From Candidatus Iainarchaeum sp. (GTDB taxonomy: Archaea; Iainarchaeota; Iainarchaeia; Iainarchaeales; DTGL01), in the NCBI GenBank assembly GCA_017608575.1, contig JAFCFP010000002.1:1-54349 (forward strand): a DNA stretch of 54,349 nucleotides, in the 5' to 3' direction. Positions 10,094-18,474 of the stretch are shown here, one piece after another (position 1 is the stretch's first letter; each line of letters opens with the position of its first letter). Below the pieces are notes generated by a model. The model made no database searches. It was not told where the DNA came from and worked only from the letters and a program-made list of their open reading frames with translations. Position numbers and translations under genes: made by a program.

Positions 10094-10749
10094 TCAACTG
10101 CCTCCAATGCATTAAGGGCTTTTTTAAAGTTTTCCTCCACAGAGCCAAGCATTTCAACTTTTTTGAGCAATCCTTTTTCTTCGTAGAATTTAACCAATGG
10201 CTCAGTGCTTGAAACAAACACTTTCCATCGCTCTTCAACAATTCCCGGCCTGTCATCTTTTCTAATGAAAAGCTTTCCTGAACACAAATCGCATTTTCCT
10301 TCAACTTTTGGGGGATTTGAGTAAACATTGTAAATTGCACCGCATTTTTCGCATTGCCTTCTGCCGGAGATTCTTCTCATTATTTCTTCTTTTGGAACAT
10401 CAAGAAACAAAACAGTGCTTATTTTTTTTCCTTTTTCAGCTAATCTTTCTTCAAGGGCTTTTGCTTGTTCAATGTTTCGCGGAAACCCATCCAGAATAAA
10501 ACCGTTCACTGCATCTTTTTCTTCAAGCCTTGAAAAAAGCAGTTTCATTACAATTTCATTGCTCACAAGCTTTCCAGATTTAACTGTTTTCTCTATTTTT
10601 TGCCCCAATTCGCTTTTTTTTGCTATTTCTTCACGTATTAAATCGCCCGTGGAAATATGGGGAATGTTGAATTTTTTTGAAAGCTTTGATGCAAGTGTTC
10701 CCTTGCCTGAACCGGGCGCTCCTAATAAAACTAGGTTGAATTCGGCCAT
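10090..10749 (-). CDS. adk: adenylate kinase, bacterial long type with Cys4 zinc lid
   Basis: LLGAPGSGKGT P-loop, ISTGDLIR, GFILDGFPR, and lid CEKCGAIYN...CDLCSGKLFIRKDD. Confidence 0.93.
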   Translation of the reverse strand: MAEFNLVLLGAPGSGKGTLASKLSKKFNIPHISTGDLIREEIAKKSELGQKIEKTVKSGKLVSNEIVMKLLFSRLEEKDAVNGFILDGFPRNIEQAKALEERLAEKGKKISTVLFLDVPKEEIMRRISGRRQCEKCGAIYNVYSNPPKVEGKCDLCSGKLFIRKDDRPGIVEERWKVFVSSTEPLVKFYEEKGLLKKVEMLGSVEENFKKALNALEAVE

Positions 10750-10879
10750 TAAAAAACCCCCTTTTTAAGTAAAAAAACAGGAAAAGGAATTAAAGCATTT
10801 CCCAGAAATCAACAAGAATCCACTGTAGATCCAAAAAGTTTAATAAAAACAAATTAAACACGAACCATAAGGAGTATAA

Positions 10880-11731
10880 TTAATATATTTTGAAATCAAT
10901 TACCACTTGAATAGTTTTTGGCGAAAAAGAGCGAACCCTTTTTTTGCGTATAACGCGTGTTTTGCGGTTGAATTTTTTTGCTGTGGTTTTAATTTTGGCA
11001 AGTGCTTCTTTGTAGGGTGAATCCCTTGGACCAAACTGGTAAAAATGCACCACGCAGTTTGAAGCAGCTGCAATAAAAGCAGAATCCAAAAAATGCTCAC
11101 CTCCCTTTGGCAAGGGCATTACTATTCTGTTGCATTTTCCCTTTAGTTTTGGGGCAATTTTTTTAACATCTCCAAGAATTGGTTGAATGCGGTGAGTGCA
11201 TTTGTTCAATGCAATGTTTTCCTTCAAAAACATGTAAGCAATTGGGTTCAATTCAATTGCATGGGCTTTTTTCATTGGCGAATGTTTTGCAAAAACAATG
11301 GGAAAAGGCCCAACACCCGCAAAGAACGCTCCAACTACTTCGCCTTTTCTTATAAGTTTTGCAATCCTTTCCCTTTCATGCGACAGCCTTGGAGAAAAAA
11401 ACATTTTTCCAACCTGGACTTTAAACCTGCAGCCGTGTTCTTTGTGTTCAGTGAGCGTGGTTTTTTTGCCTGCAATTATTTCCACTGGCCTGACACGGAA
11501 TTTCCCTGAATGTTTTCCTTTAATGCGTGCAACTGTTTTAATGTGAGTGTTTGCTTGCATTAATGCCTTTGCAATTGTTTTCTTTTTTTTAAGCAATGAA
11601 TCAGGAATTTCAATTACTGCAATGCTGCCAATTACGTCAAATGATGTAACAAGCTCTGAGAGCTCTTTTTTTGAAAGCTTTCCCTTAAGGGCTTCTTTTA
11701 GAGACCTTGGCTTTCTCCCTTTTGCCACCAT
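10880..11731 (-). CDS. trm5: tRNA (guanine37-N1)-methyltransferase Trm5/Taw2 family
   Basis: FDVIGSIAVIEIP, FFSPRLSHERERI, SAM-binding VVGAFFAGVGPFPI, and a VMPLPKGG catalytic-loop-like block. 283 aa. Confidence 0.8.
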   Translation of the reverse strand: MVAKGRKPRSLKEALKGKLSKKELSELVTSFDVIGSIAVIEIPDSLLKKKKTIAKALMQANTHIKTVARIKGKHSGKFRVRPVEIIAGKKTTLTEHKEHGCRFKVQVGKMFFSPRLSHERERIAKLIRKGEVVGAFFAGVGPFPIVFAKHSPMKKAHAIELNPIAYMFLKENIALNKCTHRIQPILGDVKKIAPKLKGKCNRIVMPLPKGGEHFLDSAFIAAASNCVVHFYQFGPRDSPYKEALAKIKTTAKKFNRKTRVIRKKRVRSFSPKTIQVVIDFKIY

Positions 11732-11772
11732 AAGAAGATATTTAAAAGAATTAAGTGTTTTAATCCTATGTT

Positions 11773-12642
11773 ATGGCTTTGTGGGAATTTTTAAGAGAGT
11801 ATTTTGTTGAACCAATTGTTAATCCAGCCTATCAAGGCTACAATGCAGTGAACACGCTCGTATATGGAGCAATACTGCTGGCAATAGCGTTTTTCGTGGT
11901 TTTTCCTTTTCTGGACAGAAAAGGAATAAAGTTTGACCTGCCTTTTGCTTTTAGTTTACTGCCGTTTATTTTGTTTGGAACAACGTTGAGGGCTTTAACC
12001 GCTGCAAGCACAGCTGGAAAAACAGTGCTCCCCTTTCTTGTAAAAACCGCAAATCCATTAGAGCCAGGGTTTTGGACTTTTACGCCCGGCGTGTGGTTTT
12101 TGACGTTTGGCGTGACAATTTCTTTTCTTTTTTTGTCCAGAGCTTTAGCGAAAAGACTTAAAGCAGACTATCACAAAATTTTTGCATTTTTGGGTTTGAT
12201 AGCATCCGCGCCGGCACTGGTTTTGAATTTTTTTAATTTTTCAAACTGGACAGGGTTTTTTGCAGTTATTGTGCTTGTTGCAATTATCTCTGGCTTGGTT
12301 GTTTTTTTGTTTAATTACGTGTTCAAAATAAAGCTTTTGAGGAACGGATTGAATGTAATGGCAATGAGCGGCCAAGCAATTGATGGAACTGCAACGCTTG
12401 TCGCAATTGGATTTTATGGATTCAGTGAAATGCACCCGCTTTCTGCCGCAATTCTTTCAATGAATCCATTGCTTTTTGTGGTTTTAAAAATTTCCGCTGT
12501 GCTTGCAATTCTTTACTATGTGGAAAAAACCATTAAAAGTGAAAACTTAAAGGGTTTCACGAAGGTTTTTTTAATGATTTTGGGTTTTTCAACCGGCACT
12601 GCGAGTGTTTTAAAAATTGGCCTATTAACAGGAATGGGATAA
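11773..12642 (+). CDS. polytopic membrane protein (resembles archaeal DUF63 family)
   Basis: 289-aa ORF with about 7 hydrophobic helices. The N-terminal YFVEPIVNPAYQGYNAVNTLVYGAILL matches what I recall of DUF63; this rests on memory only. Confidence 0.5.
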   Translation: MALWEFLREYFVEPIVNPAYQGYNAVNTLVYGAILLAIAFFVVFPFLDRKGIKFDLPFAFSLLPFILFGTTLRALTAASTAGKTVLPFLVKTANPLEPGFWTFTPGVWFLTFGVTISFLFLSRALAKRLKADYHKIFAFLGLIASAPALVLNFFNFSNWTGFFAVIVLVAIISGLVVFLFNYVFKIKLLRNGLNVMAMSGQAIDGTATLVAIGFYGFSEMHPLSAAILSMNPLLFVVLKISAVLAILYYVEKTIKSENLKGFTKVFLMILGFSTGTASVLKIGLLTGMG

Positions 12643-12644
12643 GC

Positions 12645-13391
12645 GTGTTTTATTTAATAGGGCTTGGATTGAAACCAAGGCATTTGTCCATTGAAGCAAT
12701 TGAAGCAATAAAAAAATGCAAAGAAATTTTTATTGACTCTTATACAAGCGCTTTAAGTGAAGGATCAGTGCAAGAACTTGAAAGCCTTACAGGAAAAAAA
12801 ATAATTTCCCTTTCAAGAAAAGAAATAGAGGAAGGTTTTATTGAAAAGATTAAGAAAGCGCGCAATGAAAACATTGCATTGCTTGTAATTGGCAATCCAT
12901 TGTTTGCAACAACTCACGCCCAGCTTTTATTGGATGCAAAAAAAGCCGGAGTGAAAGCAATGGCAATAGCGGGAATTTCAGTATTTGACTTAATTGGAAA
13001 AACAGGTCTGAGTATGTACAAGTTTGGGAGAACTGCAAGCATTGTTTTTCCACAGGAAAACTTTGCGCCTGAATCCTTTTATGACTTCATTGTAGAAAAC
13101 AAAAAAGCCGGATTGCATTCTCTTTGCTTGCTGGACATTCAGGGAGAGAAAAAAATGACTGTAAAAGAAGCAATTGAAATACTGCTCGAAATTGAAAAAA
13201 AACGCGGTGAAAGCATTATTGCGGATTCAGTGATAGTGGCAATGGAAAAACTCGGCTCTGCAAAAGAACGCATTGTTTCGGGCAATACAAAAAAAATCCT
13301 TAAAGAAAAAACCGGAACGCCGGCAGTGCTTGTTGTTTGCGCTGAATTGAGTGAAAAAGAAAAAGAATTCTTGCATGAATTGGTGGAATAA
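12645..13391 (+). CDS. dphB: diphthine synthase
   Basis: GTG start. MFYLIGLGL, IEAIKKCKEIFIDSYTS, and LVIGNPLFATTH give a tetrapyrrole-methylase fold with the diphthine synthase N-terminal signature. Confidence 0.9.
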   Translation: MFYLIGLGLKPRHLSIEAIEAIKKCKEIFIDSYTSALSEGSVQELESLTGKKIISLSRKEIEEGFIEKIKKARNENIALLVIGNPLFATTHAQLLLDAKKAGVKAMAIAGISVFDLIGKTGLSMYKFGRTASIVFPQENFAPESFYDFIVENKKAGLHSLCLLDIQGEKKMTVKEAIEILLEIEKKRGESIIADSVIVAMEKLGSAKERIVSGNTKKILKEKTGTPAVLVVCAELSEKEKEFLHELVE

Positions 13392-13682
13392 ATGAACGAA
13401 CTCAAGGAATTGCATGAAAAACTTACAAGATATAAAGGGATTACTGAACGCGCTTTGAAGGAAGTTAAAATAATTGCAAAAAAGAATTCAACTGAATTCG
13501 AACTTGCGGAAAAATTTCTCTCCATGGCAAAGGATTATTTTGAAGATGGAAAATATTTTGAAAAAAAAGGCCATTCAGCGACAGCATTAGCGGCATTCGC
13601 TTATGCTCATGCATGGATTGACGCTGGAATAAAAGCAGGGTTTTTAAAGGGTGAAAATGAAGAAATTTTCATGCCAAAATGA
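13392..13682 (+). CDS. DUF357-like small helical protein
   Basis: 96 aa. AKDYFEDGKYFEKKGHSATALAAFAYAHAWIDAGIKAGF matches the pattern I recall for archaeal DUF357. The ATG directly abuts the dphB stop. Confidence 0.55.
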   Translation: MNELKELHEKLTRYKGITERALKEVKIIAKKNSTEFELAEKFLSMAKDYFEDGKYFEKKGHSATALAAFAYAHAWIDAGIKAGFLKGENEEIFMPK

Positions 13683-13731
13683 ACAAAAAATTTAAATTAA
13701 CACATTGTTCAATAGTATTACCGGTGTGGTT

Positions 13732-14199
13732 ATGGGCTTGTATGACAAAAAATTTGACTTTGGCTTTCCAATTGATGCAAGGAAGGCACTCAGCGCGGTT
13801 TTAATAATAATTGCTATTTTTGTAATTGCTTGGATTTTTCTTTTTGTATTGGATTTATTCAAGCCAATGGCAATAACTGCAGTTCTTTCCCCAAAGCAAT
13901 TAAAGGAAAACGAGCAAAACAGCGTGTTAAATGTAACACTCACAAATGTAACTGGAAAAATGGCAAAAAACGTGGAAATAATAGTGCAAGCAGAGGACGC
14001 GAGCTCTATTCTGGTTGACGCGGATGAAATTGCAAAGAAAAAAATTGAAGTACTGGAAGCAGGAGCATTTAAAAAACTGCAATTTGATGTCAGAAAAAGC
14101 CCAGTGAAAAAGGTTCTGCCTGGAAGCTATAAAATAAACATTCAAACAGAAATCAATGGACAACAATTCACAAAAAGCGTTTTTTTAATAGTTCAATAG
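13732..14199 (+). CDS. membrane-anchored hypothetical protein (beta-sandwich-like ectodomain)
   Basis: The ORF in the track starts at TTG 13705. ATG 13732 follows a GGTGTGG SD-like motif. There is one N-terminal TM helix, then an alternating beta-like sequence (NVTLTNVTG...YKINIQTEING). Confidence 0.5.
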   Translation: MGLYDKKFDFGFPIDARKALSAVLIIIAIFVIAWIFLFVLDLFKPMAITAVLSPKQLKENEQNSVLNVTLTNVTGKMAKNVEIIVQAEDASSILVDADEIAKKKIEVLEAGAFKKLQFDVRKSPVKKVLPGSYKINIQTEINGQQFTKSVFLIVQ

Positions 14200-14201
14200 A
14201 A

Positions 14202-14477
14202 TTAGTCGTGTATTATTTCAAAGGATTTGAAGTTTTCTTTTTTGTTTTCCCATTCAACTTCAATATAGTCAACGTTTGCCCCAGGCGGGCCTTCTTTCGC
14301 CAAATTCATTAATTTTTTCAATTTGTCCATTGGACCTTCAGCAACAACTTCAACGCTGCCATCAGGCAAATTTTTAACCCAGCCCGTTAATTTTAATTCT
14401 TTTGCCCATTTTTGCACTGTTGCGCGAAAGAACACTCCCTGCACTCTGCCAAAAACAAACAAGTGAATACGGTTCAT
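14202..14477 (-). CDS. acyP: acylphosphatase
   Basis: 91 aa. VFGRVQGVFFRATVQKWAKELKLTGWVKNLPDGSVEVVAEG is the acylphosphatase signature. Confidence 0.9.
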   Translation of the reverse strand: MNRIHLFVFGRVQGVFFRATVQKWAKELKLTGWVKNLPDGSVEVVAEGPMDKLKKLMNLAKEGPPGANVDYIEVEWENKKENFKSFEIIHD

Positions 14478-14539
14478 GCAAACACCAACATGGAATTAAA
14501 ACACAAATATTTAAATTAGTTTGCTGGTTTTTTCATATC

Positions 14540-15094
14540 ATGGCATTAAAAGAAATAAGGATTCACGGTCGCGGCGGACAGGGCGCGGTTACAAGCTCGC
14601 AGGTTTTGGCTGTTGCAGCATTCAAGGATGGAAAGTACTGTCAGGCGTTTCCAAATTTTGGAGTTGAAAGGCGTGGAGCTCCAGTACAAGCATTTGCCAG
14701 AATTTCGGAAGAACCAATTAATGTAAGACAGCATGTTTATGAACCAGATTATGTTATTGTGCTGGATCCAACGCTTTTGGAGGCAGTTAATGTTGCAGCA
14801 GGAGCAAAGGACTCTGGCATTATAATAATTAACTCTGACAGAAAAGCTGAAGAATTCAACCTTGACACAAAAGCAAAAATTAAAACAATTGATGTAACAA
14901 AAACAGCACTTGAAATAATTGGAAAACCATTCGTGAATGTTGCAATTCTTGGAGCATTTGCTGCCATTAGTGGAGAGATTACAATGGATGCAATCAATGC
15001 AGCAATAGACCAGGAATTTGCACATAAGGCAAAGGTAGGAGAATTGAACAAAAAGGCAGCTGAAAAACTATTCAAAGAAGCAAAAGGTGAATGA
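14540..15094 (+). CDS. porG: pyruvate/2-oxoacid:ferredoxin oxidoreductase gamma subunit
   Basis: Family-like sequence begins at MALKEIRIHGRGGQGAVTSSQVLA (ATG 14540). The track start at 14402 would overlap acyP. Also FPNFGVERRGAPV. Confidence 0.9.
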   Translation: MALKEIRIHGRGGQGAVTSSQVLAVAAFKDGKYCQAFPNFGVERRGAPVQAFARISEEPINVRQHVYEPDYVIVLDPTLLEAVNVAAGAKDSGIIIINSDRKAEEFNLDTKAKIKTIDVTKTALEIIGKPFVNVAILGAFAAISGEITMDAINAAIDQEFAHKAKVGELNKKAAEKLFKEAKGE

Positions 15095-15368
15095 ATTGAG
15101 CGAAATGAAGTTCAACCTGGGAGCAGTAATCCACGAACCAGGTTCAACGAAAAAAAATAAAACAGGCGGCTGGCGTGCAATGAGGCCAGTGCTTGACAAG
15201 GAAAAATGCATTAAGTGCGGCACTTGCTGGGTTTATTGCCCCGACAATGCAGTAAAAAAGAACGAAAAAGGCGAATTTGAAATTGATTATGATTATTGCA
15301 AGGGATGCGGAATTTGTGCAAACGAATGCCCAGTTAAAGCAATAAAAATGGAGCTGGAAAAGAAATGA
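15087..15368 (+). CDS. porD: pyruvate:ferredoxin oxidoreductase delta subunit (2x[4Fe-4S] ferredoxin)
   Basis: CIKCGTCWVYCP and CKGCGICANECP motifs. GTG 15087 overlaps the porG stop; alternative ATG at 15105. Confidence 0.88.
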   Translation: MNELSEMKFNLGAVIHEPGSTKKNKTGGWRAMRPVLDKEKCIKCGTCWVYCPDNAVKKNEKGEFEIDYDYCKGCGICANECPVKAIKMELEKK

Positions 15369-15679
15369 GTGCAAGAATGCTGTACATTACTGTCGCTGGA
15401 GAAAAAGAAGCCGAAAAAATAGGTCGCGTTCTAGTGGAAAAAAAACTCGCAGCATGCGTAAACATTGTTCCAAAAATAAAAAGCATTTATTGGTGGAATG
15501 GAAAAATAGAGCAAAGCAATGAAGTCTTGCTTTTATGCAAGACATTTAAAGAAAAAGAAAAAAAAGCAATGGAAAAAGCAAAAGAAATTCATTCATACAA
15601 CACCCCATGTATTGAATCTTTGAACGTAGAACAATTAAATGAAGATTATGAAAAATGGATGAAAGAGGCAATAAAATGA
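15365..15679 (+). CDS. cutA: divalent-cation tolerance protein CutA
   Basis: 104 aa. KLAACVNIVPKIKSIYWWNGKIEQSNEVLLLCKT and IHSYNTPCI match the CutA1 fold signature. ATGA overlaps with both the porD stop and the porA start. Confidence 0.85.
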   Translation: MSARMLYITVAGEKEAEKIGRVLVEKKLAACVNIVPKIKSIYWWNGKIEQSNEVLLLCKTFKEKEKKAMEKAKEIHSYNTPCIESLNVEQLNEDYEKWMKEAIK

Positions 15680-16818
15680 CTGAAATGGTTGTTGAAGCAA
15701 GCATGGCCCTTGCACTGGGAGCAAAACTGTGCAGGCCAAAAGTAATTCCAATGTATCCTATTACTCCACAAACCCATATAGTGGAAAGACTTGCTGACTT
15801 TATTAACAATGGTGAAATGGAGGCAGAAATGATTCACGTTGAATCGGAGCACTCTGCATTGGCTGCATTTATTGGCTCAGAGGCAGCTGGCGTTAGAACT
15901 TATACTGCCACCTCATCTCAGGGATTAGCATTAATGTATGAAATTCTGCCAATTGTTTCAGGCAATAGAATGCCAGGCGTAATGTCAGTAGCCAATCGTG
16001 CACTTAGCGCGCCTATTAATATTTGGAATGATCACTCGGATGCTGTTTCAGCAAGAGACCAGGGCTGGATTCAATTGTTTGTTGAATCAACACAGGAAGC
16101 AATTGATACAACAATTCAATTGTACAAAATATGCGAAAACCATGAAGTGCTATTGCCTGGCATGGTTTGCATTGATGGATTCACTTTAAGCCATGTGTGC
16201 GAGAGAGCTATTGTGCCAGAACAAGAAGCAGTGGATGAATTTTTGCCAGAATACAAGCCAAAAATAATGCTTGACCCTGAAAAACCAGTTTCAATTGGAC
16301 CAATTGCTTTCCCGGATTCGTTTATGGAATTCAAAAAACAACAACAAGAAGCAATGGAAAAAGCACTACCGCTTATTGGAAAAGTGCATGATGAATTTGC
16401 TAAAAAGTTCGGTAGGTCTTATGGAAATGGTCTCTTAGAGCAATACAGAATGGATGATGCAGAATATGCCTTAATAGGAATGGGTACGCTAACTGGCACA
16501 GCAAGGGTTGCAGTTGACGAAATGCGAAAAGAAGGAAAAAAAGTCGGCTTAATTAAATTAAAATCATTGAGACCGTTTCCAAAAGAAGAATTAATAAAGG
16601 CAACTGAAAAACTGCAGGGACTGGCAGTAATCGATAGGCATTTTTCGCTTGGATTTGAAGGACCTCTTTATACTGATACACGCTCTGCATTGTACGGAAA
16701 AGGAATCAGAATAAAAAATTTCATTGCTGGCTTGGGTGGCAGAGACATTGACATAAAAAGGTTAAAGAAAGCCCTAAATGACACAATTAATGGAAAGGAA
16801 GGAGGCTGGTTGTTGTGA
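15676..16818 (+). CDS. porA: pyruvate:ferredoxin oxidoreductase alpha subunit
   Basis: MTEMVVEASMALALGA...IPMYPITPQTHIVE...ESEHSALAA...TATSSQGLALM. ATG 15676 overlaps the cutA stop. Confidence 0.92.
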   Translation: MTEMVVEASMALALGAKLCRPKVIPMYPITPQTHIVERLADFINNGEMEAEMIHVESEHSALAAFIGSEAAGVRTYTATSSQGLALMYEILPIVSGNRMPGVMSVANRALSAPINIWNDHSDAVSARDQGWIQLFVESTQEAIDTTIQLYKICENHEVLLPGMVCIDGFTLSHVCERAIVPEQEAVDEFLPEYKPKIMLDPEKPVSIGPIAFPDSFMEFKKQQQEAMEKALPLIGKVHDEFAKKFGRSYGNGLLEQYRMDDAEYALIGMGTLTGTARVAVDEMRKEGKKVGLIKLKSLRPFPKEELIKATEKLQGLAVIDRHFSLGFEGPLYTDTRSALYGKGIRIKNFIAGLGGRDIDIKRLKKALNDTINGKEGGWLL

Positions 16819-17711
16819 TTCGTGGATTGCCAGAAGAAGAATTCTTTGCCTCAGGCCATAGAGCTTGTGCTGGATGCGGTGCACCAATAGCAATAAGACA
16901 TATATTAAAGGCAGCTGGAAAAAACACAATAGTAGTGCAAGCAACCGGTTGCATGGAAGTTGTTTCATCACCTTATCCGCAAACGGCATGGGAAATTCCA
17001 TGGATTCACGCAGCATTTGAAACAGCTGCTTCAACAGCTAGTGGAGTTTGGAGAGCACTTAAAATGCAAGGCAGGGAAAACATTAACGTTGTCGCATTCG
17101 GTGGAGATGGTGCAACTTATGACATTGGCTTTGGAGCAATAAGTGGTGCATTTGAAAGAGGCGAAAACTTTTTGTACGTCTGCAATGAAAACGGTGCATA
17201 TATGAATACCGGCATTCAAAGAAGTTCTGCCACACCATTTGGAGCAAGCGCTACAACTACTCCTGCTGGAAAAAAGATTCCTGGAAAAAGAGAATTCAAA
17301 AAGCCTGTGCCATTTATTATGGCTGCCCATGGAGCACCATATGTTGCAACAGCCACTGTTGCTGACCCAAATGATATTTTTAACAAGGCAAAAAAAGGCC
17401 TTGAAACAAAAGGTCCTTGTTATTTGGAAGTTTTTTCACCGTGTCCAACCGGATGGCATTCTGATAGCGCTAAAAGCATTGAAATTGCAAGGCTGGCAGT
17501 GGAAACAAGGATTTATCCTTTGTTTGAAATAATTAATGGCAGGGTGAAAATTACACGCGATGTGCCAGAACCAAAACCAGTGGAAGAATACCTCAAAACA
17601 CAGGGTCGTTTTAAGCACTTGGGTTCAGAGGACATTAAAACAATACAGCAACGCGTTAATGAAACATGGGAAAAACTCAAAAAAATGGAAGAGAGTGGTT
17701 GCAAGTATTAA
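16815..17711 (+). CDS. porB: pyruvate:ferredoxin oxidoreductase beta subunit (TPP-binding)
   Basis: GHRACAGCG, GCMEV, and the GGDGATYDIGFG...CNENGAYMNTG TPP motif. GTGA overlap with the porA stop. Confidence 0.92.
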   Translation: MIRGLPEEEFFASGHRACAGCGAPIAIRHILKAAGKNTIVVQATGCMEVVSSPYPQTAWEIPWIHAAFETAASTASGVWRALKMQGRENINVVAFGGDGATYDIGFGAISGAFERGENFLYVCNENGAYMNTGIQRSSATPFGASATTTPAGKKIPGKREFKKPVPFIMAAHGAPYVATATVADPNDIFNKAKKGLETKGPCYLEVFSPCPTGWHSDSAKSIEIARLAVETRIYPLFEIINGRVKITRDVPEPKPVEEYLKTQGRFKHLGSEDIKTIQQRVNETWEKLKKMEESGCKY

Positions 17712-17732
17712 TGCAACCACGCCAGCGCACTA

Positions 17733-17739
17733 TTTTTTT
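17733..17739 (+). terminator. oligo-T tract after porB (candidate archaeal terminator)
   Basis: T7 run 22 nt after the porB stop. It overlaps the stop of the convergent membrane-protein gene. Confidence 0.3.
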
Positions 17740-18061
17740 AAATTGAAGAAGCACTTGATCTGCTTTGGCTTCTGTGAAGCATTAATTGTGGAACAAAAAC
17801 AATAACGCCCCAAACGAAAAACATGGCAAGAGTCATTGGAACGCCAACTGCAAGCATTTCGGGGAGAACTTCTTCAAGCCCAGCTGTAAGGAATGGCGGA
17901 TAAGGCACAACTTCTTGGTGGGCAATGTGTTCAACTGCGAGCATTATCACTCCACCCCAAAGCAGGGAATTCAAAATATTAATTTTGAGTTTTTTTGGAA
18001 ACCTTTTCCTCAAAGCAGTTAAAACTATTGCTGCTGCCATTGGCACAGTAAAACACGCCAC
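17738..18061 (-). CDS. small 3-TM membrane protein, paralog B of the adjacent gene
   Basis: The track ORF starts at 18127 and overlaps the upstream gene. GTG 18061 lies 7 nt after AGGTGG and gives a protein colinear with paralog A. Shared PKK...LWG..IM...[DE]H....E pattern. Confidence 0.55.
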   Translation of the reverse strand: MACFTVPMAAAIVLTALRKRFPKKLKINILNSLLWGGVIMLAVEHIAHQEVVPYPPFLTAGLEEVLPEMLAVGVPMTLAMFFVWGVIVFVPQLMLHRSQSRSSASSI

Positions 18062-18074
18062 AAAAAACCACCTC

Positions 18075-18356
18075 TTAAATTTTTCCTTTGACTCTGTCGA
18101 ATAAAAGCACAGCTTCCCATACTGCAAAAATCGGAATCAGCATTGCAATTCCAAGAACCGTTCCATTGGTTATAAGGCCGCTTGTTTGGAATTCCAAAAA
18201 TTCGCCGCCTTCATAGCCCAAAACATGGTCAATTAAAATCATTATTCCTGCACCCCAAAGCATAAGGCTCAAAAAGCCAAGCCTGTATTTTTTTGGAGCA
18301 AAAAACCAAAAAGCTGTAACAGCAATTGCCGCAATCAGCGTAGTTAAAAGCCACAT
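18075..18356 (-). CDS. small 3-TM membrane protein, paralog A
   Basis: 93-aa ORF with three hydrophobic helices. APKKYRLGFLSLMLWGAGIMILIDHVLGYE aligns with FPKKLKINILNSLLWGGVIMLAVEHIAHQE of the next gene. Divergent from nikR. Confidence 0.6.
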   Translation of the reverse strand: MWLLTTLIAAIAVTAFWFFAPKKYRLGFLSLMLWGAGIMILIDHVLGYEGGEFLEFQTSGLITNGTVLGIAMLIPIFAVWEAVLLFDRVKGKI

Positions 18357-18474
18357 TCTACCACCCGTAACAACTTTTTATTTTTCGTGCTATTGTTGAG
18401 TGTGCAAAAATATTTAAATGTTTTGATAGCAAGTTTTTCTTATTATTAGCACGCTGTAAGTGAAAGGTGCCACC

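Noticed and set aside
14402-14539. N-terminal extension of the porG ORF overlapping acyP
   Set aside because: It is antisense to the well-supported acylphosphatase gene. The conserved porG N-terminus begins at ATG 14540.
18062-18127. ATG 18127 as the start of the second small membrane protein
   Set aside because: It would overlap the upstream paralog by 53 nt and add a non-homologous hydrophilic N-terminus. GTG 18061 behind AGGTGG gives a product colinear with paralog A (coordinates are given 5'->3' on the minus strand).
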